A DNA stretch of 64,000 bases from an uncultured Eggerthellaceae bacterium (GTDB lineage: Bacteria > Actinomycetota > Coriobacteriia > Coriobacteriales > Eggerthellaceae), in contig CALUHI010000031.1 of assembly GCA_944320405.1 (NCBI GenBank), positions 2,031 to 66,030 of the forward strand, written 5' to 3'. Made by a program: the position numbers and the translations under genes. This document shows positions 1 to 10,061 of this stretch, in pieces. Each line of letters opens with the position of its first letter. The first letter of the stretch is position 1. A model generated the notes under the pieces. That model did not search any database. It was not told the origin of the DNA and saw nothing but the letters and a program-made list of their open reading frames with translations.

Positions 1-10
1 GCGCAATTGC

Positions 11-1774
11 GTGTCGTTGGAGCGATTGGAGCTTCCGGGACGCTTGGGGAAGATTGACGCGAGCATATTTGACGTGCCACATTTGAAAGAGCTGCGCATC
101 GGTGCTGGCGCAAACGAAATTGCACCAGGGGCGTTCCAGAAAAGCGGCTTGGAGAAGCTGGAAGTGGACGACGCCAACCCGCTGCTGATGTCGGATGGCA
201 AAGCGCTGTATAGTTTTGACGGCTCCATCTTGGTTGCGCTCGCGGTGCCTTCTGAAAGCTACCGTGTGCTGGACGGATGCCGTGCAATCGCAAAGAAGGC
301 GTTCGGCCATTTCGCTTGCTTGAAGGAAATTATTCTTCCGGATTCAGTTGAGATTTTGGGTGACTTCTCTTTCGCTAAAACGCGGATTCCTCGTTTCGAT
401 GCGCCGAAGTCACTGAAATCGATCGGCGAGAAAGCGTTTTTCAGCTGTCCTGAGCTTCAGGAAGTGCATTTGAACGAAGGCTTGGAGGAAGTGCGCGCCA
501 ACGCCTTCACCGATACTGCCATTGGTGAACTGCGCCTTCCTGCGACAGTTGAACGCTTGGGCAATCCTCTAGCAGCCAACACGGGACTTACGTATGTAGG
601 GTCAGAAGCGACGTTTTCTATCGAGAAGGGGTCTGAGCACCTGCTTCTTGATAAGGCGGGCTGCTTGTACCGCAAATCGGCGGAGGGTATGGTGCTCGAC
701 CGCATGATGAACCCGGACATCAGTGAATATCAGGTGCTCGATGGTACCGCCGTCATCGGCGATGACGCGTTCTTCAACCATGTATCTTTGGAACGTGTTA
801 CGACCCCTGAAGGCCTGGCGATAATTGGGAAGCGCGCGTTCAAAGCGTGCCGTCGTCTGGAGCGCATCAACATTCCAAGCAGCGTTGCGATTATCGAAGA
901 CGAGGCGTTTCTGGATACGGCTCTTGTGGCGCTGTTTCTTCCACGTGGCTTGCAGTCGCTTGGCGGCAATGCGCTCGTCACGTACGGAGCGCATCACGGC
1001 GAGAATCCCACCCTGCACGAGCTGCAGGTTGAAGACGGCAACGAACGCTTCTACCTGGTAGACAACATGCTGCTTGAACGCAAGCCGAACGGCATGGCGA
1101 AGCTGTTGCTATGCTTGGGCGGACAAAGCGTCGTGCGCATCCCGCAAGAGGTGAACGAACTTGCGCCATATGCGTTCAATGGCGTGGCTGACATTGAGGA
1201 GTTCCATCTTTCCGAGCGCATCACGACGGTGGGGATGCGCGGTTTGGGATTGGATTGCCTGGTGCCCCATGTGGTGGTTGAGCTTGCCGAGCCGCTGGAT
1301 GGCCACAGCGAGATCTCACTCCATTTCCCGGGGACCGACCGCAGCAGACAGCAGCAGATGCTTGCGCTGAGCGTTCCCGACCACGTGAACGCACGCATCA
1401 TCTTGGAGCACTACGACACAGCCATCATCAATGCCAGCAGCTTTGACGCGTTGCATGCCGAGCGCATGGCTCTCTACGACCAGGCAACGCGCTTGGTGGT
1501 GCGCTTGAAGGATCCCATCTTCCTGACCGAAGTGAACCGCAACATGTGCGAACGCGCGCTGCAGACGAACATCGGCGATATCTGCGTTGAGGCGGCAAAG
1601 CATGACGACCGTCGGCTCATGGACGACTTGCTGAATTTGGGGTTTGTCAACAACGACAACATCAACGAGGTCATCGATCGCGTGGGCGCGGTGCAGGATG
1701 CTTCAATGACGGGGTATCTGTTGGAAGCGAAGCGCGAGCGCTTCGGCATGGCGGCGTTCGACTTCGACCTGTAA
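11..1774 (+). CDS. Leucine-rich-repeat (BspA/LRR_5-like) protein with a non-repeat helical C-terminal region. It may be 5'-truncated by the window edge.
   Basis: 587-aa ORF. It has many degenerate ~23-25 aa units of the type L..I.LP.SV..IG..AF..C..L..I (e.g. LKEIILPDSVEILGDFSF, LERINIPSSVAIIEDEAF). The frame is open back to nt 2. Confidence 0.6.
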   Translation: MSLERLELPGRLGKIDASIFDVPHLKELRIGAGANEIAPGAFQKSGLEKLEVDDANPLLMSDGKALYSFDGSILVALAVPSESYRVLDGCRAIAKKAFGHFACLKEIILPDSVEILGDFSFAKTRIPRFDAPKSLKSIGEKAFFSCPELQEVHLNEGLEEVRANAFTDTAIGELRLPATVERLGNPLAANTGLTYVGSEATFSIEKGSEHLLLDKAGCLYRKSAEGMVLDRMMNPDISEYQVLDGTAVIGDDAFFNHVSLERVTTPEGLAIIGKRAFKACRRLERINIPSSVAIIEDEAFLDTALVALFLPRGLQSLGGNALVTYGAHHGENPTLHELQVEDGNERFYLVDNMLLERKPNGMAKLLLCLGGQSVVRIPQEVNELAPYAFNGVADIEEFHLSERITTVGMRGLGLDCLVPHVVVELAEPLDGHSEISLHFPGTDRSRQQQMLALSVPDHVNARIILEHYDTAIINASSFDALHAERMALYDQATRLVVRLKDPIFLTEVNRNMCERALQTNIGDICVEAAKHDDRRLMDDLLNLGFVNNDNINEVIDRVGAVQDASMTGYLLEAKRERFGMAAFDFDL

Positions 1775-1877
1775 GACCCCCGCGAACGCTCACCAAAGAT
1801 GTTAAAGCGCGCCCGAAACGCGCTATGCTATAACGTGTGTGAGGGAACCCAACCGCGCCAGAGGGAAGGAGGGTGGG

Positions 1878-3503
1878 ATGCCGGCATCTCATGAGGCGAT
1901 GGACGTGAAAATGCAACGAAGGCTGCAGGAAGACGCCCTGGGCAAAGACATCATCGACGAATGCCGTACGCAGCTGATGATGAAGTTCCGCTTCCTTGAT
2001 CTGGCGCTGTGGCGCATGGACCTGGAGCCGATGCGCGTGAGCGCGCGCTACCCGCTTGCCACCGACACGAAGCGTGTCCTGTACGACCCGCCGCGCGAGA
2101 TCGCACGTTTCGGCGAATCGTTCGAAGAGACGGTGCGCGACTACCTGCATTTGGTGATGCACTGCATCTTCCGCCACCCTTTCGATAAGAACCACAACAA
2201 CGCCGAGGCGTGGAGCCTCACCTGCGACATCTTGGTGGAAAGCGCGGTCATGGACATGTGCGGTGGGCGCTTCGAGAGCGAAGACGACGCGGCGCGCCGC
2301 GAGCTGATCGACCGCATTCGCATGCTTACCGGTAAGCTGCTTCCCAACAAGGTGTACATCGTGGTGAAGGGGCTTGTGCAAACCCCCGATGGACAGCAGT
2401 ACCGCGGCATGGGCCGCAGCATGCTGGCCGAGATGCACTACCTGTTCGAGCGCGACGATCACGGCGCGTGGCCAGCGAACGCTTCGCAGAAGCCGCCCGA
2501 GGAGCGCGAGAACGACTTCGAGGAAGTTACCGAGGACGGCGAAGACCCCGAGCTGCAATCCGACGACATCCGCATGGAGACGCAGGGCGAATCAGAGCCG
2601 CCCGAGGAAGAGCAGCAAGGCGAAAACCAGATGCAGGAAGTCGAGTCCGAAGACACTCCTGAATCCGACGACAGCACCGAGGAAGCTGCCGAAAGCCAAG
2701 ATGCCGAGGACGACAGTGGCAATGAAGATGAAAACGACGCCAAGCGCCAAGAGAAGGAATGGGAGGACATCTCGAAGCAGATCGAGATGAACCTTGAGAC
2801 CTTCTCGAAAGAATGGGGCGAGGAAGCGGGCAGTCTGATGGCAAACCTGCAGATCGCCAACCGAAAGGTGCACAGCTACACCGAGTTTTTGCGCAAGTTC
2901 ATGATCGTCTCGGAAGAGATGCAAGTGAACATGGACGAGTTCGACTACATCTACTACCAGTACGGCATGGACCTCTATGGCAACATGCCGTTGATCGAAC
3001 CGTTGGAATACAAGGAAACCGACCGCGTGCGCGATTTCGCAATCGTTATCGACACGTCGGAGTCGGTCAGCGGCGAGCTCGTGCGACGCTTCATCACGCA
3101 CACCTTCGACATCCTGAAAAGCTCGCAGGATTACGCGACCACGGTGAACATTCACGTTATCCAGTGCGATGCAAAGGTACAAAGCGACATCAAGATCACC
3201 GATCTGGGCGACGTCGACAAGCTGATGGAGGGGTTTGTGATCCGCGGCTTTGGCGGAACGGATTTCCGTCCGGCGTTCGATTACGTGGACATGCTGCGCA
3301 AGCGCGGTGAGTTCACCGACTTGAAGGGGCTTATCTACTTCACGGACGGCTTGGGCCAGTTCCCCGAGAAAACGCCTGAATACGACGCTGCATTCGTGTT
3401 CATGGACGAAGAGGGGCGCGACCTGCCGCCGGTGCCGCCGTGGGCGATGAAGGTAGTAGTGGACGAAGCGGGATTGAGCCAACTGGACAGCAGAAGCGTC
3501 TAG
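1878..3503 (+). CDS. DUF2201-type protein: N-terminal putative metallopeptidase-like region, acidic linker and C-terminal vWA domain
   Basis: N-terminal YLHLVMHCIFRHPF region, Asp/Glu-rich linker (aa ~230-310) and MIDAS-like VIDTSESVSG. Start moved to ATG 1878, behind RBS GGAAGGAGGG. Confidence 0.7.
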   Translation: MPASHEAMDVKMQRRLQEDALGKDIIDECRTQLMMKFRFLDLALWRMDLEPMRVSARYPLATDTKRVLYDPPREIARFGESFEETVRDYLHLVMHCIFRHPFDKNHNNAEAWSLTCDILVESAVMDMCGGRFESEDDAARRELIDRIRMLTGKLLPNKVYIVVKGLVQTPDGQQYRGMGRSMLAEMHYLFERDDHGAWPANASQKPPEERENDFEEVTEDGEDPELQSDDIRMETQGESEPPEEEQQGENQMQEVESEDTPESDDSTEEAAESQDAEDDSGNEDENDAKRQEKEWEDISKQIEMNLETFSKEWGEEAGSLMANLQIANRKVHSYTEFLRKFMIVSEEMQVNMDEFDYIYYQYGMDLYGNMPLIEPLEYKETDRVRDFAIVIDTSESVSGELVRRFITHTFDILKSSQDYATTVNIHVIQCDAKVQSDIKITDLGDVDKLMEGFVIRGFGGTDFRPAFDYVDMLRKRGEFTDLKGLIYFTDGLGQFPEKTPEYDAAFVFMDEEGRDLPPVPPWAMKVVVDEAGLSQLDSRSV

Positions 3504-3617
3504 CTTGGCGCTTGAGCGAAGGAAATGCGGGTTCGCGGAAGGTGCGGCGGCGGACGAACAGGAAAGCTGCCGAACGGCACGTGCAACCGCAGATGATAGG
3601 GAAAGGAAACGGCGCAG

Positions 3618-5924
3618 ATGAACATTCAATCGGCCAAACAGCAGATCAAAGACGCCGTAGAGGCGTACCTGCGGAAAGACGACGCTGGCATGCCGGTGAT
3701 CGACCCGGTGCATCAGCGCCCGATGTTCCTTCTGGGCGCGCCGGACATCGGCAAGACCGCCATCATGGAGCAGATCGCCGGCGAGCTGGGCATTGGCATC
3801 GTGTCATATTCGATGACGCATCACACGCGCCAGAGCGCGCTGGGTCTGCCGCGCATCGAGCACCATGACTTCGAAGGGTTCGAGTACGAGGCGTCTGAGT
3901 ACACGATGTCCGAGATCGTGGCGGCGGTGTACGACTACATGACGCGCACAGGGCTGCGCCAGGGCATCCTGTTCCTCGACGAGATCAACTGCGTGTCCGA
4001 AACGCTGTACCCCAGCATGCTGCAGTTCCTGCAGTTCAAGAAGTTCGGCAAGCACAAGGTGCCCGAGGGCTGGGTTGTGGTGTGCGCGGGAAATCCGTCC
4101 GAGTACAACCGCTCGGTGCACGAGTTCGACATCGTCACGCTTGACCGCATGCGCGAAATCGACGTGGAGCCCGACTACGCGTCGTGGAAGAACTATGCGC
4201 AGGAAAAGGGCCTGCACCCGGCGGTCACCACGTTTTTGGATGCGAAGAAGGACTGCTTCTACAAGGTGGAGAGCAAACCCGGTGGCGGAAAGTCGTTCGT
4301 GACGGCGCGTGGTTGGGAAGACCTCGCGAAGATCATTTCGCTGTACGAAGAAATGGACAAACCGGTCGACCGCGAGCTGTTCAGCCAGTTCTTGCGCGAC
4401 GACGGCATTGCCGATGCGTTCACGGTGTACTACGCGCTGTTCCAGAAGTACCGCTCGGACTACCAGGTGGACTCCATCCTGGCTGGGGAGGCGGGCGAAG
4501 CCATCGAAGCGCGCGCGAAGGAGGCCGAGTTCGACGAGCGCGTGGCGCTGATCAGCCTGCTTCTGGACACGCTGGCGCGCGAGTGCAGCGAGGTGCTCGA
4601 GCAGGAGGGCGTGGTCGTGGAGCTGCGCGACTTGCTGCGCGATGCGAAGGGCGAGTTCATCAACGGCGGCGCGACGGTCGATGAAGCGCTGGTGGCGCGC
4701 ATCGAACGGCGCGAGGCGGCGCTGGGCCGTCGCATGGCGGCAGGCACGGCGGCGCATGCGTACGTCCGCCGCGAGAAGTTGGTCATCGCGCTGCTGAGGG
4801 ATTTCGCCGCGCGCTGCATCATCCAGAAGACTCCCGAAGGCGAGCCGGCGTTCCGCACGATCGAGGCGGCGTACAAGGAAGAGGTCGCCAAGATCAAGCC
4901 GGCAGCCGACCATGTGAACACGCGCATTGACGCGGCATTCGACTTCATTGACGAGTGCTTCGCATCGCGTGAGATGCTGGTGTTCATGGCCGAACTTGCC
5001 ACGCGTCGTGCCACCACGCAGTTCGTGGCGCACTACGGCAACCAGAAGTACTACCAGCACAACGAGGAATTGCAAGTGGACGCCGCCCGCATGGGGCTGG
5101 CAGAACGTGCAAGCATGCTGGCAGACCTGAACGAGAACATCAAACAGGAAGAAGAGCGCGCTTCGCTGTCTCCGGCGGCTACCGGGATGCGTTCGCTGCA
5201 TGAGCCGTCGCAGACGACTGCGGCGCCCGACGATTCAGCGCTGGCCGAGTTCTACGGCGGCAAGCAGTTCGAGTACGGGTTCACCAGCGTGTGCAAGATG
5301 CTTTTGCCGGCATCGGATTTGAAGGGCAAGAAGGTGCTCAACATCTGCTGCCGTCGCGGCCGCGGTGTGTACAAGATGAGCGCCATGGTGGGCAACGAAG
5401 GGTCCGCGATGGGCGTGGACTGGAGCCCTGCCTACGTGGCGGAGGCCAAGGACGGCATGGAGCGTGCGTGGCACGACAGCGGGCTCAAGCGCAACAACAT
5501 GGAGTTCCGTGTGGCGTACCCTGAGGATCTCATCGCCGCCGGCATCGGGTCGGGTACGATGGATGCGGTGTACTGCAATAACGTGGTTACGCTGTTCTAC
5601 GATCAGGCAACTGCCATCCGAGAGTTCGGTCGCGTGCTGAAGCCGGGCGGACTGCTGATCCTCGAGACGATCTTCGCCGATCGTCCGCGCAACGATGAGG
5701 TTGTCGAGCAGGCGCGCGCCATGGGTAACAGCGTCCAGGCTGCCCGCACGCAGGAGGAAAATTACGCCTGGCTCGAGGCTGCCGGGTTCGCGACGCCGTC
5801 GATCGAGGAAGAGTACGAGGTCGAGGCCGACCGCGGCTACAAAGCCGGCTCCAAGGTGGCCAAGGTCGAAGGCGATGACGACGTCAAGTACAAGGCGGTC
5901 TCCCTTTACATCCGCAAGAAATGA
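3618..5924 (+). CDS. MoxR-like (AAA_5) AAA+ ATPase fused to a C-terminal class I SAM-dependent methyltransferase domain
   Basis: Walker A GAPDIGKT and Walker B ILFLDEIN in the first ~230 aa. C-terminal ~200 aa carry MTase-like motifs KVLNICCRRGRG, GVDWSP and LKPGGLLILE. Total 768 aa. Confidence 0.75.
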   Translation: MNIQSAKQQIKDAVEAYLRKDDAGMPVIDPVHQRPMFLLGAPDIGKTAIMEQIAGELGIGIVSYSMTHHTRQSALGLPRIEHHDFEGFEYEASEYTMSEIVAAVYDYMTRTGLRQGILFLDEINCVSETLYPSMLQFLQFKKFGKHKVPEGWVVVCAGNPSEYNRSVHEFDIVTLDRMREIDVEPDYASWKNYAQEKGLHPAVTTFLDAKKDCFYKVESKPGGGKSFVTARGWEDLAKIISLYEEMDKPVDRELFSQFLRDDGIADAFTVYYALFQKYRSDYQVDSILAGEAGEAIEARAKEAEFDERVALISLLLDTLARECSEVLEQEGVVVELRDLLRDAKGEFINGGATVDEALVARIERREAALGRRMAAGTAAHAYVRREKLVIALLRDFAARCIIQKTPEGEPAFRTIEAAYKEEVAKIKPAADHVNTRIDAAFDFIDECFASREMLVFMAELATRRATTQFVAHYGNQKYYQHNEELQVDAARMGLAERASMLADLNENIKQEEERASLSPAATGMRSLHEPSQTTAAPDDSALAEFYGGKQFEYGFTSVCKMLLPASDLKGKKVLNICCRRGRGVYKMSAMVGNEGSAMGVDWSPAYVAEAKDGMERAWHDSGLKRNNMEFRVAYPEDLIAAGIGSGTMDAVYCNNVVTLFYDQATAIREFGRVLKPGGLLILETIFADRPRNDEVVEQARAMGNSVQAARTQEENYAWLEAAGFATPSIEEEYEVEADRGYKAGSKVAKVEGDDDVKYKAVSLYIRKK

Positions 5925-5954
5925 GAAAAAGGGACAGTCACTTTTTCTCATTTC
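5918..5954 (+). terminator. Stem-loop overlapping the stop codon of the MoxR-MTase gene
   Basis: gaaatgagaaaaag / ctttttctcatttc form a 14-bp stem with a 9-nt loop, followed by ttcgcg. A second hairpin, ggaaggcgg...ccgccttcc, lies at ~5990-6016. Confidence 0.5.
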
Positions 5955-6040
5955 GCGTAAAGAAAAAGGGCGGTAGTTCGTTTTAATTCGGAAGGCGGTC
6001 TTTGGGCCGCCTTCCGCACGTTGCAGCTCTATAATGTCGC

Positions 6041-6352
6041 ATGCGGAAAGCATTGAGAGAAGGTGGGGGAGTCATGGCGGAAGTGCCTGTCGAGAGGAAA
6101 TTCATTGGATCGGTGCGGCTGGCGACGCTGCATCTGTGGCGCGTCGCGAAAACCACCGACCTGGAACAGTGCTTCAAGGAAGCGCGCGATCTGCGCATGA
6201 TCGATGAGGCAAACGAAGCGTTCATCCGTCATTGCTTCGCGCTGAACGACCAGCTGGAAGCAGGGGAAACGCCCGACGAGCCCATCACCGAGGACTTGGT
6301 TCACGAGCTTCAAATGTGCGTCCTGCGCCTGAACTCCGCCGACCCCGCATAG
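6041..6352 (+). CDS. Hypothetical small acidic protein
   Basis: 103-aa ORF. TATAAT at 6030-6035 sits 5 nt before the ATG, so it may be leaderless. Alternatively an internal ATG at 6074 has RBS GGTGGGGGAG. No recognisable domain. Confidence 0.35.
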   Translation: MRKALREGGGVMAEVPVERKFIGSVRLATLHLWRVAKTTDLEQCFKEARDLRMIDEANEAFIRHCFALNDQLEAGETPDEPITEDLVHELQMCVLRLNSADPA

Positions 6353-6363
6353 CGCGACACGGC

Positions 6364-6427
6364 GTGACAGGGGACGGTCCTTCTGTCACATTTGGATAAA
6401 TGTGACAGAAGGACCGTCCCCTGTCAC
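6364..6427. repeat. REPIN-like palindromic element, copy 1 (27-bp perfect inverted arms, loop tttggataaa)
   Basis: Left arm gtgacaggggacggtccttctgtcaca at 6364-6390. Right arm tgtgacagaaggaccgtcccctgtcac at 6401-6427. Lies between two convergent 3' ends. Confidence 0.95.
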
Positions 6428-6431
6428 GCTC

Positions 6432-7673
6432 TTATTTCGCAAGGCGGCTTTTTCGCCACCAGATCACGTAAACGATCACGCCGACTGCCAGGATGGGCAG
6501 GCCCGAGAAGAACATGGCTTCGAATCCGAATCCGGCAGACACGGCACCGCCGATGATGGGGCCGATGGCGTAGCCGATGTCGGTGCCCAGCAAGTAGGTT
6601 GACATCGCCACGCCTGAACGCTCTGACGGCTCGAGCTGGCCGCATTTCGCTTGGATCGATGGCGTTACCGTGCCGCTGCCGAGTGCTTTGCAGGCGGCGG
6701 CCACCAAGAACAGCCACAGCTGCTGCGACAGCGCGATCAGCGTCACTGCCAGCACTTCGAACACCACTGAAGGGAAGAACACCGCTGAAAGCCCGCGCTT
6801 GTCAGCAAGCTTGCCAGCGAACGGGCGGGTGAAGAACAGCGTGATCGAATTCACCACGAAGAACAGCGAGATGCCCGCCACGCCTCGCGCGTCGCCCACC
6901 ATGACGATGTAGGTGGAGATGATTCCCCAGATGGTCAGGTAGCAGCATGCAGCGAACGCGAGCGGCAGGCACTTGATGCTGACGAATGCGTTAACGGTGT
7001 CGTAGAGGCGGCCTTTTCCGCTGGATTTGGCGTTGTGGGTGGCGCCTTCGTTTGCGGTGGATTCGCGCGTCGGTGCCGGTTCGTCGGGAGGAAGCATCAG
7101 GCCGAGCACCAGGGTGCAGGCGGCGATTCCTGCGCCGATGAGAAACATTGGCAGGAAACCGAACGCGCTGCTCACGGCTACGCCCAATGCGGGACCAAGC
7201 GCGTTGGCGAACACGTATGAGGTGCCGAACCAGCCCATGCCCTCGCTGCGACGCTCTTCCGGCAGGCTGTCGATGGCCATGGCAGATATTGCCGTACCGA
7301 ACAGAGCATAGAAGAAGCCGTGGACGACGCGCAGCGCGATGAGCAGGGCGTAGTCGGTAGCGAACGCGTAACCCACCTGCGCCAAGCAACCCACTACCAC
7401 TGCGGCAAGCACGATGCGCTTACGGCCCATGCGGTCGGAAAGCGCGCCGCTGGCAGGCCGTGCGAACAGGGCGGCAAACGTGAACGCGCCCGCCACGACG
7501 CCCGCCATCACCAACGTGTAGCCAAGTCCGGTGGCGTACTGCGCGATGACCGGCGTGATCATGTTGTAGGTGAACAGATCGAGCGTCTGGATGAGCGCGA
7601 GCAGGATGAACCCCCGCGTCCAAAGGCGCGGTTTGGCGGTTGTTGCCGATTCTTCCTTGCGTTGGGCTTCCAT
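6432..7673 (-). CDS. MFS transporter
   Basis: Multi-TM hydrophobic profile and MFS motif-A-like GALSDRMGRKR. Start moved to Met17 (ATG 7673, RBS GAGGGG). Confidence 0.8.
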   Translation of the reverse strand: MEAQRKEESATTAKPRLWTRGFILLALIQTLDLFTYNMITPVIAQYATGLGYTLVMAGVVAGAFTFAALFARPASGALSDRMGRKRIVLAAVVVGCLAQVGYAFATDYALLIALRVVHGFFYALFGTAISAMAIDSLPEERRSEGMGWFGTSYVFANALGPALGVAVSSAFGFLPMFLIGAGIAACTLVLGLMLPPDEPAPTRESTANEGATHNAKSSGKGRLYDTVNAFVSIKCLPLAFAACCYLTIWGIISTYIVMVGDARGVAGISLFFVVNSITLFFTRPFAGKLADKRGLSAVFFPSVVFEVLAVTLIALSQQLWLFLVAAACKALGSGTVTPSIQAKCGQLEPSERSGVAMSTYLLGTDIGYAIGPIIGGAVSAGFGFEAMFFSGLPILAVGVIVYVIWWRKSRLAK

Positions 7674-7742
7674 ATCCCCTCGATTACGGAAAAGGCAGCG
7701 CCGGATGACGCTGCCTTCCATTGTAGTTCAGAATGTGACGGG

Positions 7743-7805
7743 GTGACAGGGGACGGTCCTTCTGTCACATTTGGATAATGTGACAGAAGGACCGTCCCCT
7801 GTCAC
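7743..7805. repeat. REPIN-like palindromic element, copy 2 (loop tttggataa)
   Basis: Same 27-bp arms at 7743-7769 and 7779-7805. Partial arm-end fragments flank it (gtgacgggg at 7735; ccctgtcgc at 7807). Confidence 0.95.
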
Positions 7806-7816
7806 CCCCTGTCGCA

Positions 7817-8851
7817 TCAGTCGCCGAAGACGTGGCGTTGGCCGATGTAGTCTTTCGGTTTGCTGTTGCCAAACTCGGCGGCGGCTTGGGCGCGGCGGGC
7901 ACCGGCGGAGTTGGACTTGGCGGCGAACGTCTCGCAGAAGCCCTTCAGACCGATGAGCAGCTCTTCCAGTGTTCCCTGGTAGACATCTTCCATGAACGTT
8001 TTGAACGCGGCGTACACCTGGTCTTTGTCGGAGATGCGCAGCTTGCGCGCGGTGACGGCCAAATACCCGTGCAGCGCGGCGTTGAGGCGCTGCGATCCGG
8101 GGTCGTCGGCGTACAGGCGCTCGATGGGTGCCCAGTACAGGTTGTACAGGCGCGTCTGCTCGTCGATGCCTGCGTTCACCAGCAAAAGGTTGCGGATGAG
8201 GTCGGCCGTGGTCAGCGGCATTCCCTTGGAGTTAAGGCTCTCGAAGATGAGCTGCGGGCGATCGTCGCCGTCAAGCGAGGCGGCGATGATCAGCAATCGC
8301 TGAATGCCATCCCAGATGGCCTGAGCGTCTTCGACGGTGAAGCCGTCGCCCATCTTGTCGCGGAACAGTTGATAGTTGTTCACGACGTTTTGGGACAGCT
8401 CCTCTTCGTCTTGTGGAAGCTCGGCGCTCTCAACCACAGCCTGCATCGTCTTGCGGTCGACGCGCGAGAGCACCAGCTTCAACGCGCCGTCCGCTGCATC
8501 GACGTGCAGGTAGCGGCTTGTCAGCGCGTCGGCGTCGATGCCCTCAAGCGCAGTGCCGGTATCGCGCATCCAGTCGCGCAGGGCGGTGATCAGAAGCGTC
8601 AGCGTGGCGGTGCGTTGCTGGCCATCGATGATGTCAAGACGGCGAGCGGCCTCGCTGTTGCCGGGCTCAGTCGCATAGAGCACCGTGCCGATGAAGTGCG
8701 CGCTTCCTGCCCGTCCGGCACGTTCGATGTCGGCCCAGAGCGTGTCGCATTGCGTGTGATCCCACGCGTACACGCGCTGGTAGACGGGGATGATCAGCTG
8801 GGTTGAAGGCGCTCCCAGGAAATCGAGGAACATCTCTTGTTTCGTCAGCAT
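7817..8851 (-). CDS. DUF262 (ParB/Srx-like NTPase) domain protein lacking a DUF1524 nuclease half
   Basis: IPVYQRVYAWD and IIDGQQRTATLTLL motifs. Only 344 aa, with no His-Me/HNH-like C-terminal domain. RBS GAGGTGA. Confidence 0.8.
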   Translation of the reverse strand: MLTKQEMFLDFLGAPSTQLIIPVYQRVYAWDHTQCDTLWADIERAGRAGSAHFIGTVLYATEPGNSEAARRLDIIDGQQRTATLTLLITALRDWMRDTGTALEGIDADALTSRYLHVDAADGALKLVLSRVDRKTMQAVVESAELPQDEEELSQNVVNNYQLFRDKMGDGFTVEDAQAIWDGIQRLLIIAASLDGDDRPQLIFESLNSKGMPLTTADLIRNLLLVNAGIDEQTRLYNLYWAPIERLYADDPGSQRLNAALHGYLAVTARKLRISDKDQVYAAFKTFMEDVYQGTLEELLIGLKGFCETFAAKSNSAGARRAQAAAEFGNSKPKDYIGQRHVFGD

Positions 8852-8862
8852 CTCTCATCACC

Positions 8863-9945
8863 TCACAGCGACGCGTCGGTGGCGTCCATTTTGGCGCGGG
8901 TGGCATCCGCGAACGCCTGGTTCGTGCTTTGCTTCTTCTCGTAGTGCGACACCAGCGTGGGTGCGCCGTTTTCGGCCCACTTGAATGCCGATTTGTACTT
9001 CTTCACTGCGTGGTAGCGGTAGTTCTCGGCCCAGATCATGCAGAAGTTTCGCAGCTCGTGCAGCAGGCTTTCGGTCGTGCCGGTGAACTCGTCTTCCACG
9101 TACTGCTTGAACACGCTGTACACCTCGTCGCGGCCGCGGGCGCGCACCTTGCGGAAGCGCACTGAAAGCCACCCTTGGATGGCGTTGTCCAAGCGCAACG
9201 ACCCGGGGTCGGGTTGGAACATGCCCTCGATGGGGTCCCAGTACTCGTCGTACAGGCGTGTCTGCTCTTCGTGGGTTTGCGCCAACAGCAGGTAGTTGCG
9301 CACCAAGTCGGCGGTGGTCAGCGGCTTGCCCTTGGAGTTCAGGCTTTCGAAGATGAGCTGCGCGTTGTCGTCGGCGCCCACCTGGGCGCTGATGACGAAC
9401 AGCTTTTGGATGCCGTGCCAGAGCGCGTCGGGGTCGAAGTCGTTCTCGCTCATGAGCGATTGGAAAAACGCCAGGTTCGCCTGCACGTTCTCGGAAGCGT
9501 TTTCAGGCAGCGGAGTGCCGTCGAGCACCGCTTGCAGGGTGGGGCCGTCGTTGCGGGACAACACCAGCTTGCAGGGGGCGTTTAGTTGCGTTCCGATGCG
9601 CAGGTAGCGTGCGTTCAGTCCGTCGGCGTCGATGTTCTCCAGAGTCTTGCCGTTGTCGGCAAGATAGCGGCGCAGCGCTTCGATCAACAGCGTCAACGTG
9701 GTCAGGCGCTGCTGGCCGTCGATGACTGCCAAGCGTTGGCGACCTTCGGGGTCGGGGCTTTCCTGCGAGTACAGAAGCGTGCCGATGAAATGCGTGGCGT
9801 CGGCTTTCGCGGCGCGATGCAAATCGAGCCACAGCTCGCGGCATTGGCGTTCTTTCCAGGAGTAAAGCCGCTGGTAGGCGGGGATAACAAAGCGCGTGTC
9901 GGGCATTCCCAGCAAATCGAGGAACAAGGTCTTTTGCGTCTGCAT
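8863..9945 (-). CDS. DUF262 domain protein, paralog of the downstream gene, also without a nuclease half
   Basis: IPAYQRLYSW and VIDGQQRLTTLTLL motifs. Collinear similarity to the 7817-8851 product along its whole length. Start moved to ATG 9945 behind GGAGGTG. An 11-nt gap separates it from the next gene. Confidence 0.8.
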   Translation of the reverse strand: MQTQKTLFLDLLGMPDTRFVIPAYQRLYSWKERQCRELWLDLHRAAKADATHFIGTLLYSQESPDPEGRQRLAVIDGQQRLTTLTLLIEALRRYLADNGKTLENIDADGLNARYLRIGTQLNAPCKLVLSRNDGPTLQAVLDGTPLPENASENVQANLAFFQSLMSENDFDPDALWHGIQKLFVISAQVGADDNAQLIFESLNSKGKPLTTADLVRNYLLLAQTHEEQTRLYDEYWDPIEGMFQPDPGSLRLDNAIQGWLSVRFRKVRARGRDEVYSVFKQYVEDEFTGTTESLLHELRNFCMIWAENYRYHAVKKYKSAFKWAENGAPTLVSHYEKKQSTNQAFADATRAKMDATDASL

Positions 9946-10022
9946 GCAATCACCTCCGAAATAGGGCGTCACCTTGTTTTCGATGCCAGTATAGGACGCG
10001 AGCGCTGCGTGTGCTGAACGTA

Positions 10023-10041
10023 ATCGTACAATGTGTACGAT
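10023..10041. promoter_or_regulatory. 19-bp palindrome ATCGTACA-ATG-TGTACGAT, a candidate operator between the DUF262 operon and the TetR gene
   Basis: Perfect 8-bp inverted half-sites separated by 3 bp, in the divergent intergenic region. The size is typical of TetR-family operators. Confidence 0.3.
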
Positions 10042-10061
10042 ATAAGAGACGCAGTTTGGGC

